From Anaerovoracaceae bacterium (GTDB lineage: Bacteria > Bacillota > Clostridia > Peptostreptococcales > Anaerovoracaceae), in NCBI GenBank assembly GCA_036657395.1, contig JAVXGM010000005.1, positions 25,702 to 89,701 on the forward strand: DNA of 64,000 bases. The letters are read 5' to 3'. Below the pieces are notes generated by a model that had not been told where the DNA came from, did no database searches, and saw nothing but the letters and a program-made list of their open reading frames with translations. This document shows positions 10,184 to 19,940 of the stretch, piece after piece (the first letter of the stretch is position 1; every line of letters begins with the position of its first letter). A program made the translations under genes and the position numbers.

Positions 10184-11248
10184 TTAATAATACCCCGTTA
10201 TTGCAGAAATTTGTTCACTATAATCCTGCACCTTTTTACTTGGTGTATACCCTTTTTGCTTAAAATATTTTTCGTGTAATTTAACAACATTACTTTTTAA
10301 GGTAATAGGCGGTCCATACCATACACCGTCAATCATCTTTCCTTCTGTGTTAAATGGCCAACCTTCACTACCTGTAATACTATATGATGTAATCTGTAAA
10401 AGCATCCCCATCATTTGATTTGGAGCCATATTAGTTTTTACTTCAGGTAAAATCTTATCTGCAATACTGCTAACCTTGGACAAATCCAAAGTCTTTGCTT
10501 TCTCGAATGCAGCTGCAAGAACAGCCTTCATTCGTTCATTTCTTCGGTAATCACCTTCAACAGAATCTTTTCTAATTCGTGAATATGTAACTGCTTGATT
10601 TCCGTTTAAAGTTTGTTTACCCGCCTTTTTAATTAACGCCTTAGATCCACCAATGTTTTTTTGTGTATCCTTAATGTATTTGTTCATCTCGCTAATCTCA
10701 GAATCCTGAACATCAATGGTAATGCCTCCCAGGGCATCAATAGTATCTGCTACTGACTTCCAGTTTACAATCATTACTTCTTTAATATTTAAATCCATGT
10801 TTTCATTAAGACTGTTTAGTGTCTCTGTCGCTCCCCCATATGCATAGGCGTGAGTAATCTTATCAAAACCATTTTGTTCATCAATTTTCAGATAAGTATC
10901 TCTATAGACAGATATTAGTTTTACTTCGTTTGTTGTCTTATTTATGCTGGCAATAATGATCGCATCGCTCCTAGTTCCCTTATCTTTAGTCATGTCTCTT
11001 GCATCAATGCCGAGGAGTGCAATGTTTCTATAGTTTTTCAAGTTCTGAGCTACCTGAGGATCTATCCCCAATGCAGCTTCATCTACTTTTACCTGCCCTA
11101 CATTGTCAAGTTTGTTTTTCACTACAGTTAGTCCTGCTCCAATTACAGTTCCAACACCTAAAATTAAAACTAAAACCAAAACTACGGCCAACTTTAAAGC
11201 TAATGTTCCCTTTTTTTCTTTTGGCTTTTTCTTTTTATTTGATACCAT
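10184..11248 (-). CDS. LytR/CpsA/Psr (LCP) family cell-wall glycopolymer transferase
   Basis: N-terminal basic stretch plus one TM helix, then an LCP domain (NIALLGIDAR...RSDAIIIASIN...ISVYRDTY). Confidence 0.85.
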   Translation of the reverse strand: MVSNKKKKPKEKKGTLALKLAVVLVLVLILGVGTVIGAGLTVVKNKLDNVGQVKVDEAALGIDPQVAQNLKNYRNIALLGIDARDMTKDKGTRSDAIIIASINKTTNEVKLISVYRDTYLKIDEQNGFDKITHAYAYGGATETLNSLNENMDLNIKEVMIVNWKSVADTIDALGGITIDVQDSEISEMNKYIKDTQKNIGGSKALIKKAGKQTLNGNQAVTYSRIRKDSVEGDYRRNERMKAVLAAAFEKAKTLDLSKVSSIADKILPEVKTNMAPNQMMGMLLQITSYSITGSEGWPFNTEGKMIDGVWYGPPITLKSNVVKLHEKYFKQKGYTPSKKVQDYSEQISAITGYY

Positions 11249-11303
11249 GCGTGTTGCTCCTTATATTCTACATTTTTTTCTAAAATTCGCTATATGACAA
11301 TCT

Positions 11304-11332
11304 ATTATATCAGCATGCGCTTTGAATTGCAA
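11304..11332 (-). promoter_or_regulatory. sigma-A promoter for the LCP-ddl-thrS operon
   Basis: Minus strand reads TTGCAA-17 nt-TATAAT, about 55 nt upstream of the LCP ATG. Confidence 0.65.
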
Positions 11333-11375
11333 CAACCGTGATTTTTACAATCTTATTACATTTTGACTAAACCTA

Positions 11376-11418
11376 AATATGAAAAGCACTTATACTCATC
11401 CTCATGAACATAAGTGCC
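11376..11418 (-). terminator. rho-independent terminator after the TagD-fusion gene
   Basis: Minus strand: GCACTTAT-(16-nt loop)-ATAAGTGC, followed by TTTTCATATTT. It lies 20 nt after the stop at 11438. Confidence 0.7.
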
Positions 11419-11437
11419 TTTTCTTCAATTTCTTCTG

Positions 11438-12754
11438 CTAAAAATTTGGTTTGTTCTCTAAATCTAGCTTTTCAAGAACTTTAACAATTCCTAATGATTC
11501 TTCTGTAAATAGGCGTGTGCATTCGCTTCTATTGTCTCTCATCATAATCAACAGTTCCTGAAGAATATATCTGAATCCACTTCCCTCAAAGTTGAAACTA
11601 TATTTCTTTGGGTGCTTTGCATCTTTAGCCATAAGTTCAAAATATCCAGTATCCCACCAATCATCCTTTACGGTGATTGTTGCAGCATCTCCAATTACTA
11701 CAAGGTGATTGTCTAATTCTACTTCATTACCAATTTCTACAATACCTACTGCATTGTCATATTTAAAATTCAGCACTCCATAGTTCAACCTACCCTTTTC
11801 ATTATCAATCATGGTATAGTCAAATTTCTTATAATTAGTCCCTAGAATTTTCATAATCATTGCAGTTGATAAGGTCAACATATCGTTAAACCCATTTTTG
11901 TGTTCAAAATTGTCATATGAGATAGAACATTTCACACTAATAGTGTTTCCAATCATATCTCCTTGCGCCATCCACAATAATTGGGTAAAGGCTCTTAGAT
12001 ATACGGTTATAATATTCTCAATCAAGGCCACTTTCTCTTTTTTGGCAATCTCAAATAATTCTTTTACTTTTTTCTCTTTCATAGCAAAAGGAGAGTCGCA
12101 AATTACATGTTTTCCCGCCTTCATAGCACGCTTAATCAGTTCATACCGTTGATCCACAGAAGCATTTATGTATACAATGCTAAGACCCTCTAAAAATTCA
12201 TCATAATCTGTGCAATACTCGTTTAGTTGAAATTTATCGCAGTATTTTTGAGCTAAATCCTGCTTTGAAGAATAAACCTTATCAGCATGTATTCCACTTA
12301 CGTATTTAGACTCACTGATTACATCATTATCATCTGTATTGTCAGTGACTATTCCTAAATTAAAAGTATTGTTACTTTCCTCTCTAATTTGAGTGCTTGA
12401 AATATTTTTGGTTCTTTCCAAATAAACTACATTACAAAGTTTTTTCAAGTGGTCAAATTTCCCTAACCAGTCAGATCCAATTACTAAAGTGTCAATGTCA
12501 TACTTAATCACGTCTCGAATTTTTTGACCTAAATATTCTTCAATAATCACTTCGTCTACCAGACCAGTTGCTTTTACATTTTCAATTCTCTTAGTCAAAC
12601 TGTCTTGAACTGATAGTTTTCCTCTTTCAATATCATAACTCTCACTTGTTACAGCAACAATTAGATAGTCTCCATGCTCTTTTGCACGTTTAATAATGTT
12701 ATAATGTCCTTGATGAAACAAATCAAAAGTTCCATACGTAATAACCTTCTTCAT
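11438..12754 (-). CDS. glycerol-3-phosphate cytidylyltransferase (TagD-like) fused to a Gfo/Idh/MocA-like domain
   Basis: N-terminus MKKVITYGTFDLFHQGHYNIIKRAKEHGDYL... is near-collinear with B. subtilis TagD. The C-terminal ~300 aa show the Gfo/Idh/MocA pattern (TDYDEFL...KAGKHVICDSPFA...). ATG 12754 chosen (AAGGAGAG SD). ATG 12775 is an alternative. Confidence 0.8.
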   Translation of the reverse strand: MKKVITYGTFDLFHQGHYNIIKRAKEHGDYLIVAVTSESYDIERGKLSVQDSLTKRIENVKATGLVDEVIIEEYLGQKIRDVIKYDIDTLVIGSDWLGKFDHLKKLCNVVYLERTKNISSTQIREESNNTFNLGIVTDNTDDNDVISESKYVSGIHADKVYSSKQDLAQKYCDKFQLNEYCTDYDEFLEGLSIVYINASVDQRYELIKRAMKAGKHVICDSPFAMKEKKVKELFEIAKKEKVALIENIITVYLRAFTQLLWMAQGDMIGNTISVKCSISYDNFEHKNGFNDMLTLSTAMIMKILGTNYKKFDYTMIDNEKGRLNYGVLNFKYDNAVGIVEIGNEVELDNHLVVIGDAATITVKDDWWDTGYFELMAKDAKHPKKYSFNFEGSGFRYILQELLIMMRDNRSECTRLFTEESLGIVKVLEKLDLENKPNF

Positions 12755-12832
12755 ACTCCACTCTCCTTTGCCCATTGGGCCTCTTGTATAATATATTTTA
12801 CACTTTTACTTTTTAATCGTTAGTAAATAGTC

Positions 12833-13582
12833 TTATGTGGTCTTTGGCTTCTTCTTTTTAATACTGTCTTTATACTTTTCTATTGCCGAATCAATATCCT
12901 TGTCGTAAATGATCTTTCCATTCTTCATAACAATGCCTCGTTTGCAAAATTCCTTGGCTGTAGAGGTAGCATGGGTTACAAATAGCAAAGTAACATTATC
13001 CTTTTCTATAACCTCATTAACTTTTTCTAAGCATTTATTTTTAAATGACACATCTCCTACGCTAAGAGCCTCATCAACTATAAGAATCTCTGGATTTATA
13101 TTTACATTTATTGCAAACCCTAGCCTAGCCTTCATTCCACTTGAATAAGTTCTTACTGGTTGATCAATGTAGTCTCCTACTTCAGCAAAATCTATAATTA
13201 TCTTTTCAAGGGTTGATATTTCTTTATCCCGAAGGCCAATCAGCTGTCCTTTTAAGTAGATATTTTCTCGACCAGTAAACTCTGGATCAAACCCTGAAGT
13301 CAATTCTAAAAGAGCACTAACTCTTCCATTTACAATAACCTCTCCACCAGTAGGAAAAGTAACTCCTGTAATCATTTTTAGTATAGTCGACTTGCCTGCT
13401 CCATTTTTCCCAAACAGAGCCACTGCTTCCCCTTTTTGTATACTAAAGTTAGCATCGCTTACTGCATATTTTTCTTTGTAAGGTACTCTCTTTGAAAATA
13501 CCGACAGTAGCCTTTGTTTGTCGTTTTTAAACAGCTTATACACCTTTGATACATTTTTAAATTCTATCATTGTTTTTTCCAT
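12833..13582 (-). CDS. tagH: teichoic-acid/polysaccharide ABC exporter ATP-binding protein (TagH/Wzt type)
   Basis: Walker A GKNGAGKST, signature YSSGMKARLGFA, Walker B ILIVDEALSVGD. Paired with an ABC-2 permease. Confidence 0.8.
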   Translation of the reverse strand: MEKTMIEFKNVSKVYKLFKNDKQRLLSVFSKRVPYKEKYAVSDANFSIQKGEAVALFGKNGAGKSTILKMITGVTFPTGGEVIVNGRVSALLELTSGFDPEFTGRENIYLKGQLIGLRDKEISTLEKIIIDFAEVGDYIDQPVRTYSSGMKARLGFAINVNINPEILIVDEALSVGDVSFKNKCLEKVNEVIEKDNVTLLFVTHATSTAKEFCKRGIVMKNGKIIYDKDIDSAIEKYKDSIKKKKPKTT

Positions 13583-13593
13583 TTTATTTTCTC

Positions 13594-14400
13594 CTATAGT
13601 ACATCTGGAATTTCTTTGATCAGCTTATTGTAGTGCCATATCCCCGCTGTAAACATAATGACAAATACAATCAAAAAGTATAATAAACTTTCCGGTTGAT
13701 CGAAAAACCAAACTTTATCTACAAAGACATTTCTATATCCTGATGCAATATAAGTGACTGGATTAAACTGCAATACCACCTTTAGCCAAGGGATATCAAT
13801 TTTATGGACGTCCCACATTATTCCTGACATCCAAAATATTGCTGTACTTAATGACTTGACCAGATTAAGAAAATCTTTGCTGATGGCTCCAAGCATAGAT
13901 GCAAACAAACTCCAAGCCACAAAAAAGAAAAACATAGCCGCCATATAAAATGGTAACTGTAACATGTAAATATCTGGTGGGTATCCAAAGCATAAATAAA
14001 TTATCACCACAATTACCATGAGGCAAATGTGAATAAATAGTTTTGACAACCCTGTAAATGTTGGTATAGTTGATACTGGAAACTTCATTTTCGTTACGAG
14101 AAACTTATATCTCCGAATAGCTCCAGCACCTCCATATATCATTTCACTCATGAAAAACCATGGAATCAATCCGGCAATAAGCCAAAGGATAAATGGATAC
14201 CCATTAGGCCCATGGCCGCTTCTCAATCCAAAGGTAAATGCAAACCAAAAAACAAAAATCATTATACCTGGTTTGATAACAGCCCATGCCCAGCCTAGTG
14301 CAGCTCCACTGTATGTTTTAATCATGTCTGCTTTGGCCAGTTTAAAAATCTGATGTCGCCATTGAATATGTTCTTTTATAATCTGTTTTATTGTATTCAA
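13594..14400 (-). CDS. tagG: teichoic-acid/polysaccharide ABC-2 exporter permease (TagG type)
   Basis: Six-TM ABC-2 permease. N-terminus MNTIKQIIKEH... is collinear with B. subtilis TagG. The start codon is TTG at 14400, preceded by GGAAGGGA. Confidence 0.8.
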   Translation of the reverse strand: MNTIKQIIKEHIQWRHQIFKLAKADMIKTYSGAALGWAWAVIKPGIMIFVFWFAFTFGLRSGHGPNGYPFILWLIAGLIPWFFMSEMIYGGAGAIRRYKFLVTKMKFPVSTIPTFTGLSKLFIHICLMVIVVIIYLCFGYPPDIYMLQLPFYMAAMFFFFVAWSLFASMLGAISKDFLNLVKSLSTAIFWMSGIMWDVHKIDIPWLKVVLQFNPVTYIASGYRNVFVDKVWFFDQPESLLYFLIVFVIMFTAGIWHYNKLIKEIPDVL

Positions 14401-14435
14401 GTTTATTCCCTTCCTGCTTTCTTAGTTGAGTATTC

Positions 14436-15077
14436 CTATAAGAATTTCCTGACTGCTCTAGTCACGTCTTTTACACCAAAGATAGCTGATCCCGCTACGA
14501 TAATATCAACCCCAGCTTCCCTTGCAATTTCTAAGTTATCTAGGTTAATGCCTCCGTCGATTTCAATTTGAAAATCTAGGCTAGTGTTGTCTCTTATTTC
14601 CTTTAAAGCTCTGACTTTTTCCAACGTCTGAGGGATAAATTTCTGTCCTCCAAAGCCTGGGTTAACTGACATAATTAAAACCAAGTCAACTTGATCTAAA
14701 ATAAAATCCAAAGTAGACAGTGATGTGGCTGGGTTAATAGCTACTCCCGCTTTTGCTCCTGCCTTTTTTATATGTTGTATAGTTCTATGCAAATGAGGAC
14801 AAGCCTCCTGATGAACTGTAACATACTCTGTATTTTCTGTAATGAATTCTTCCAAATATGCATCTGGGGATTCAATCATAAGGTGAACATCAAAGTGAAG
14901 TTCTGTCTTTCCACAAAGACTTTTCATTACTGTTGATCCGTAACTAATATTTGGTACAAAATGACCATCCATAACGTCAACGTGAATAAGATTAGCTCCC
15001 GCCCTCTCGATGGTCGCTACCTCTTCTCCCAGTTTTGAAAAGTCTGCAGATAAAATAGATGGTGCAAGTCTGTTCAT
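14436..15077 (-). CDS. rpe: ribulose-phosphate 3-epimerase
   Basis: Motifs LAPSILSADF, HVDVMDGHFVPN, MSVNPGFGGQKF, DGGIN. ATG 15077 preferred over ATG 15101, which has no SD. Confidence 0.9.
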   Translation of the reverse strand: MNRLAPSILSADFSKLGEEVATIERAGANLIHVDVMDGHFVPNISYGSTVMKSLCGKTELHFDVHLMIESPDAYLEEFITENTEYVTVHQEACPHLHRTIQHIKKAGAKAGVAINPATSLSTLDFILDQVDLVLIMSVNPGFGGQKFIPQTLEKVRALKEIRDNTSLDFQIEIDGGINLDNLEIAREAGVDIIVAGSAIFGVKDVTRAVRKFL

Positions 15078-15102
15078 TGTTTTCCCTTTCTCAATCGGCA
15101 TG

Positions 15103-15969
15103 TTAAAATTTGTTTTTTTCTTTTATTTCTAGTATTTGTGCTGCATATGAATCATATCTTGATTTATGTATTTCACCTTGGGCTACCTTCTTTGTAATCA
15201 TACACCCTGGTTCTTTCATATGCCTGCAATTATGATATTTGCATTCACCAATATACTCTTTCATTTCTGGGTAGAAAAACTGTAATTCATTTTCCTTTGA
15301 CTCTAAAATATCAAATGATGAAAATCCAGGTGTATCAAAGACCAAAGCATTCTGTCCAATATCAAAGAGTTCCACATGGCGAGTCGTATGTTTTCCTCTC
15401 TTTGTCTTTTTGCTTACCTGACCGGTTTGTGCTTTCGCATGTGGGTATAGCTCATTGAGTATTGTAGATTTCCCCACTCCAGAAGATCCTGTAAGCGCAG
15501 TCTTCTTCTCTTTCATCAGCCCTTTTAATTCATCTATTCCCTCTCTTGTAACTGTACTTATACATACTAAGGGGTAAATATTTTCATATATTTTCTTAAT
15601 GTTTTCCAACACTTCTCTCTGAGCCAAATCAACTTTGTTTATGCAAAGTATCACATCTGCCTGGCTCTTTTCAGCCATAACAAGAAATTTATCCACTATT
15701 GTCAAATTTGGTTGTGGATCTGCGGCAGCTAAAACAACTGCAAAGCAGTCTACATTAGAAATAGGAGGGCGAACAAAAATGTTTTTCCTGGGAAATATTT
15801 TATTCACCATACCATCACTTCCCGGTAGAAGTTGGAAATCCACAATGTCACCTACTGTGGGCGTAATACCATCATTTTTAAATGTACCTCTCGCTTTACA
15901 CTGATAAACATTCTCATCAGCCTTTACATAGTAAAAACCTGCTATTCCTTTTACAATTGTTCCTTCCAT
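15103..15969 (-). CDS. rsgA: ribosome small-subunit-dependent GTPase A
   Basis: Motifs GFYYV, circularly permuted GTPase NKVDL...GSSGVGKST, and Zn-finger CKYHNCRHMKEPGC. The track ORF starts at a GTG. ATG 15969 chosen. Confidence 0.88.
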   Translation of the reverse strand: MEGTIVKGIAGFYYVKADENVYQCKARGTFKNDGITPTVGDIVDFQLLPGSDGMVNKIFPRKNIFVRPPISNVDCFAVVLAAADPQPNLTIVDKFLVMAEKSQADVILCINKVDLAQREVLENIKKIYENIYPLVCISTVTREGIDELKGLMKEKKTALTGSSGVGKSTILNELYPHAKAQTGQVSKKTKRGKHTTRHVELFDIGQNALVFDTPGFSSFDILESKENELQFFYPEMKEYIGECKYHNCRHMKEPGCMITKKVAQGEIHKSRYDSYAAQILEIKEKNKF

Positions 15970-15990
15970 GGATTCCCTTCCCAAGCTCAC

Positions 15991-17886
15991 TTAGTCATTA
16001 TCATTTTCAAAGTCAATTGACTTTTTGATTGCCTGCTTGCCATCAAAAATGACAACTACTGTACCCTTGCCTTGTCCATCTAATTCCATCTCCTCGCCTC
16101 CATCACTTTTGGTTCTTTGTTGATTTGAGATTATATTTCGGGTTCCAAGTTCGTCAGAAAGGGTAACGGTCATATAGAAGACTTCATTTCTTGCCTTGGC
16201 AAAATCGATATAAAAATTTACTGCAGTTGGTTCCTTCTCACCCTGGCTCACTTTAATGTCTATTGTAGTCTTTCGATCTAGCTTTTCTCCTGAATCATAT
16301 TGTTGCCACATTACTTGATTTTCTTTATATGTGTCGCTGTCACCATAAGTTATTTCTCCTACAGTTAGTCCCGCATCAATGATAAGGGATTTTGCACTGT
16401 CAAAGTTTTTACCAATAAGATATGGCATATCTATCTTTTGCTTTGAAGCATCACTTACTACAACGTTTACCTTTGTTCCCTTGTTTATAGTCTGCCCTGA
16501 TCCTGGATCCTGCTCAATAATAACACCTTTTTCTTTATCACTTGGTGCTGATTCTATATCACCCAAAATAAATCCTTCTTTTTCAAGGGCAAGCTTCGCC
16601 TCTGACTTTTTCATTCCGGTAACCTTTGGTACTTCAGCCTGTCCAGGGCCTTTACTGATATTTACAGTAATGGTTGTCTTTCGTTTAGCCACACTGTTAG
16701 CCTCTGGAGTTTGAGAAACGATTTCTCCTTCTTTGGCTTTTATGTCAAAGACTTTCTCCCCTTCTACAACCGTGAAGTCCACTTTCTCTGCCACTTGCTG
16801 TGCTTCTACTAATGTATATCCTTTAAGATCTGGCACAGTTACATCTTCCCCACTAAATGCACCTAAAGCTGCGGCTACACCCACACCAATAAGCAATACT
16901 GCCGCAATAATTGCAATAATTATTATTTTTTTCTTCTTGCTGACAGGTTTCTTTTGTCTATAGTCATCATCATCTTCTTCATCATAGTTTGAATTTAACA
17001 TTGCCTTGTTTGGATCCTCTCGATCATCACTACCATTTGTAAATGTTGACCGTCCCACTACATTTCCTACAAATTGAAGGTTTTTTAGCTGGTCAATCAA
17101 TTCATCTGCTGATGCGTAACGATTTGCAGGGAGTTTATCTGTTGCCTTTAACACAACCTGTTCTAGTCCAGGTGGAATGCCTGATATTAGCTTTGATGGA
17201 GCCACCATTTCCCCATTAATATGCATAAGTGCAATATTCACCGGGTTTTCTCCATCATAAGGAACTCTCCCCGTAAGCATTTCATACATTACAATCCCTA
17301 AAGAATAAATGTCTGATTTCTCATCTACATATCCACCTCTAGCTTGTTCGGGAGAAAAGTAATGAACCGAACCCATGACTCCACCCGTATTTTCTACAAT
17401 CGTAGCAGAGTTCATCGCCTTGGCGATACCAAAATCAGTTATCTTAGCCACACCTGTATTTGTAATTAAGATATTATGAGGTTTCACATCTCGATGAATG
17501 ATGTAATTTTTATGGGCAAAACTTAATGCTGCTGCTATTTGCTGTGTGATTTCAATAGTTTCCTCATATGGTAATGCACCATCTTCTTTAATCACTTCGC
17601 TAAGGGTTTTTCCTTCAATTAGCTCCATAACAATATAGTGTATATTCCCTTCTTTTCCAACGTCGTAAATATTTACGATATTGGGATGGGATAAGCTGGC
17701 TGCGGCCTGGGATTCTCTCCTAAAACTTTCAATGAATTTATGATCATCCACAAATTCCGGTTTTAGAATCTTAATAGCCACGAATCTGTTAAGAAGTCTG
17801 CACTTGGCTTTATACACCACAGACATTCCACCTTCACCTATTTTCTCAAGAAGTTCATATCTTCCTGCTAATACTTTACTACTCAT
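15991..17886 (-). CDS. prkC: Ser/Thr protein kinase with PASTA repeats
   Basis: Hanks kinase motifs (GEGGMSVVYKA, HRDVKPHNIL, DFGIA), one TM helix, three PASTA-like repeats, and a C-terminal beta-rich domain. Confidence 0.92.
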   Translation of the reverse strand: MSSKVLAGRYELLEKIGEGGMSVVYKAKCRLLNRFVAIKILKPEFVDDHKFIESFRRESQAAASLSHPNIVNIYDVGKEGNIHYIVMELIEGKTLSEVIKEDGALPYEETIEITQQIAAALSFAHKNYIIHRDVKPHNILITNTGVAKITDFGIAKAMNSATIVENTGGVMGSVHYFSPEQARGGYVDEKSDIYSLGIVMYEMLTGRVPYDGENPVNIALMHINGEMVAPSKLISGIPPGLEQVVLKATDKLPANRYASADELIDQLKNLQFVGNVVGRSTFTNGSDDREDPNKAMLNSNYDEEDDDDYRQKKPVSKKKKIIIIAIIAAVLLIGVGVAAALGAFSGEDVTVPDLKGYTLVEAQQVAEKVDFTVVEGEKVFDIKAKEGEIVSQTPEANSVAKRKTTITVNISKGPGQAEVPKVTGMKKSEAKLALEKEGFILGDIESAPSDKEKGVIIEQDPGSGQTINKGTKVNVVVSDASKQKIDMPYLIGKNFDSAKSLIIDAGLTVGEITYGDSDTYKENQVMWQQYDSGEKLDRKTTIDIKVSQGEKEPTAVNFYIDFAKARNEVFYMTVTLSDELGTRNIISNQQRTKSDGGEEMELDGQGKGTVVVIFDGKQAIKKSIDFENDND

Positions 17887-17900
17887 CTATTTCCTCCACG

Positions 17901-18629
17901 TTATATCTTCAAACAAACGACGGTAATATTATCTCTTCCACCGCATTTAATTGCTTCTTCCACTAAGGCCTCACACATATTAGACATTGTTTTCTTCTCA
18001 CTGATTATTTCCTCCAACTTGTCTTGAGAAACCTCTCCATAAAGTCCGTCAGAGCAAAGCATTACAATATCTTCTGGCTCCAATTGGCTTCGGTAGAAAT
18101 CTGCTTCCACCTCTTCATCTGCTCCTACCGCCCGAGTGATTACGTTCTTCTGTTCGTGTATCTCGGCTTCTTCTGTGGTGATCACTCCACTTTTTAAAAG
18201 TTCATTTACATAAGTATGATCTTCTGTAATTTGCGAAAGAACACCTGCCCTAAATAAGTATGCTCGACTGTCACCTACATTGGCAATATAAACTGTCTTA
18301 TCACGAATATATCCAATTACCACCGTAGTCGCCATGCCTCTTGTTACTTCATGAGTTTGTCCTCGTTCATAAATTTGTCTATTAACTGAGTTCAAGCACT
18401 TGGCGAAATATTCATATATTCCATTATCATCTATGGTCTCATCAATTGAATTTTCCTTTACATACTCCGCTATTCCACATACCGCACTTCTGCTGGCGAT
18501 TTCTCCAGCATTGTTGCCTCCTACCCCATCAGCAACTACATAAACGTCATGGCTTGGCATAACAAAGCAGGCATCCTCATTATTTTCCCTAAGAGTTCCT
18601 GTACTACTTTTAAATCCTATTTGGCACAT
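17901..18629 (-). CDS. stp: PP2C-family Ser/Thr protein phosphatase
   Basis: Motifs RENNEDA, VADGVGG, CSDGL, GGRDNITVV. ATG 18629 preferred over GTG 18635. Confidence 0.9.
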   Translation of the reverse strand: MCQIGFKSSTGTLRENNEDACFVMPSHDVYVVADGVGGNNAGEIASRSAVCGIAEYVKENSIDETIDDNGIYEYFAKCLNSVNRQIYERGQTHEVTRGMATTVVIGYIRDKTVYIANVGDSRAYLFRAGVLSQITEDHTYVNELLKSGVITTEEAEIHEQKNVITRAVGADEEVEADFYRSQLEPEDIVMLCSDGLYGEVSQDKLEEIISEKKTMSNMCEALVEEAIKCGGRDNITVVCLKI

Positions 18630-18643
18630 ATACACCTCATCTT

Positions 18644-19939
18644 TTATCTCAACAGCCTATCGGCTTTCTTCATCACACAAATGAAAAATCCATCTGTATT
18701 ATTAACTTGTGGCATCAATTGTAATGCCTCAATTTTTTTAAACTGAGGATTCTTTCTAAGAAACGCCTCTACCACTCTCTGATTTTCATATGGATTAATG
18801 GTACAAGTGCTATAGACTAAAGTACCACCTGGCTTTAAGTATTTAGAAGAAACTGATAAAATTGATAATTGTTTTTTTGGTAACAATTCCATCTCCTCAG
18901 TTTTTTCTTTATATTTAATTTCTGGTTTTCTACTCACTACGCCAAGCCCTGTACAAGGCGCATCCACCAAGACACAGTCTGCTTTTTCAACCATGGAAGA
19001 GTTTTCCCTAGTAGCGTCCCAACTTCTCGTCTCTACATTGGTAATTCCCAGTCTGTCTGCTTCTTTATCAATAAGGTCAAGTTTTCGCCTATAAATATCT
19101 GAGGCGATAATCTTACCTGTGTTGTTCATTCTTTCTGCAATTGCTAATGTTTTTCCTCCAGGTGCGGCGCAAACGTCCATAACTAAATCCCCATGTTTAG
19201 GATTTAACTTTTCTGCCGTAAGCTGTGAACTCTCATCCTGTATGGAAAATAAACCACGTTTATAAAGCTCCCCATCTATTACTCCACTACCCTTTATATG
19301 TAGTGCATTTTGGCATAGTTTACCTTCTTCTACTTCAAAGCCCTTTGCCTCTAGTCTCTTTATAAGATCCGCCTTAATAACTTTCAGCCAGTTAAGCCTG
19401 ATAGTAAGCTTTGGTGTCTGATTTCCCGCTTTAAGCATATCTTCCACAAATGAAACTGTATATTGCTCAAGCCACAATTCTATAATCCATGGCGCATATG
19501 AATACTTAATTGATAAGTAATGAATCTCATTTTCACTTCTGTCCGGAAGTTTCATAGAGTATTTACGGTTTAAATAGCTTCTTAATACTCCATTGACAAA
19601 TCCATCTCTTCCCTTGCAATATTTTTTAGCGAGCAAAACGCTTTCATTTACTGCTGCGTATTCAGGAACAGAATCCATGTACCCTAATTGGTATAAACCC
19701 ATGCGAATAACAGTTAAATCGCTGGCTTTAAGTGATGCCGCTCCTGTTGTCACTAGCTGATCAATATAACAGTCCAAAAGCAATTTGTTCTCAATAACAC
19801 CGTACGTCAATTCTCTGACAAACCCTTGTGAATTTGGGCTGTTACAAACAATTTGATGGTTAAGTGCAAGGTTTGAGTAGGATTTTTTAGACTCAATATC
19901 CATCAAAGCCAAATAAGCAGTTTTCCTGTTAATATCCAT
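18644..19939 (-). CDS. rsmB: 16S rRNA (cytosine967-C5)-methyltransferase
   Basis: NusB-like N-terminal domain plus SAM methyltransferase (DVCAAPGGKT, DAPCTGLGV, YSTCT). ATG 19939 lies 10 nt after AGGGAG. Confidence 0.9.
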   Translation of the reverse strand: MDINRKTAYLALMDIESKKSYSNLALNHQIVCNSPNSQGFVRELTYGVIENKLLLDCYIDQLVTTGAASLKASDLTVIRMGLYQLGYMDSVPEYAAVNESVLLAKKYCKGRDGFVNGVLRSYLNRKYSMKLPDRSENEIHYLSIKYSYAPWIIELWLEQYTVSFVEDMLKAGNQTPKLTIRLNWLKVIKADLIKRLEAKGFEVEEGKLCQNALHIKGSGVIDGELYKRGLFSIQDESSQLTAEKLNPKHGDLVMDVCAAPGGKTLAIAERMNNTGKIIASDIYRRKLDLIDKEADRLGITNVETRSWDATRENSSMVEKADCVLVDAPCTGLGVVSRKPEIKYKEKTEEMELLPKKQLSILSVSSKYLKPGGTLVYSTCTINPYENQRVVEAFLRKNPQFKKIEALQLMPQVNNTDGFFICVMKKADRLLR

Positions 19940-19940
19940 T

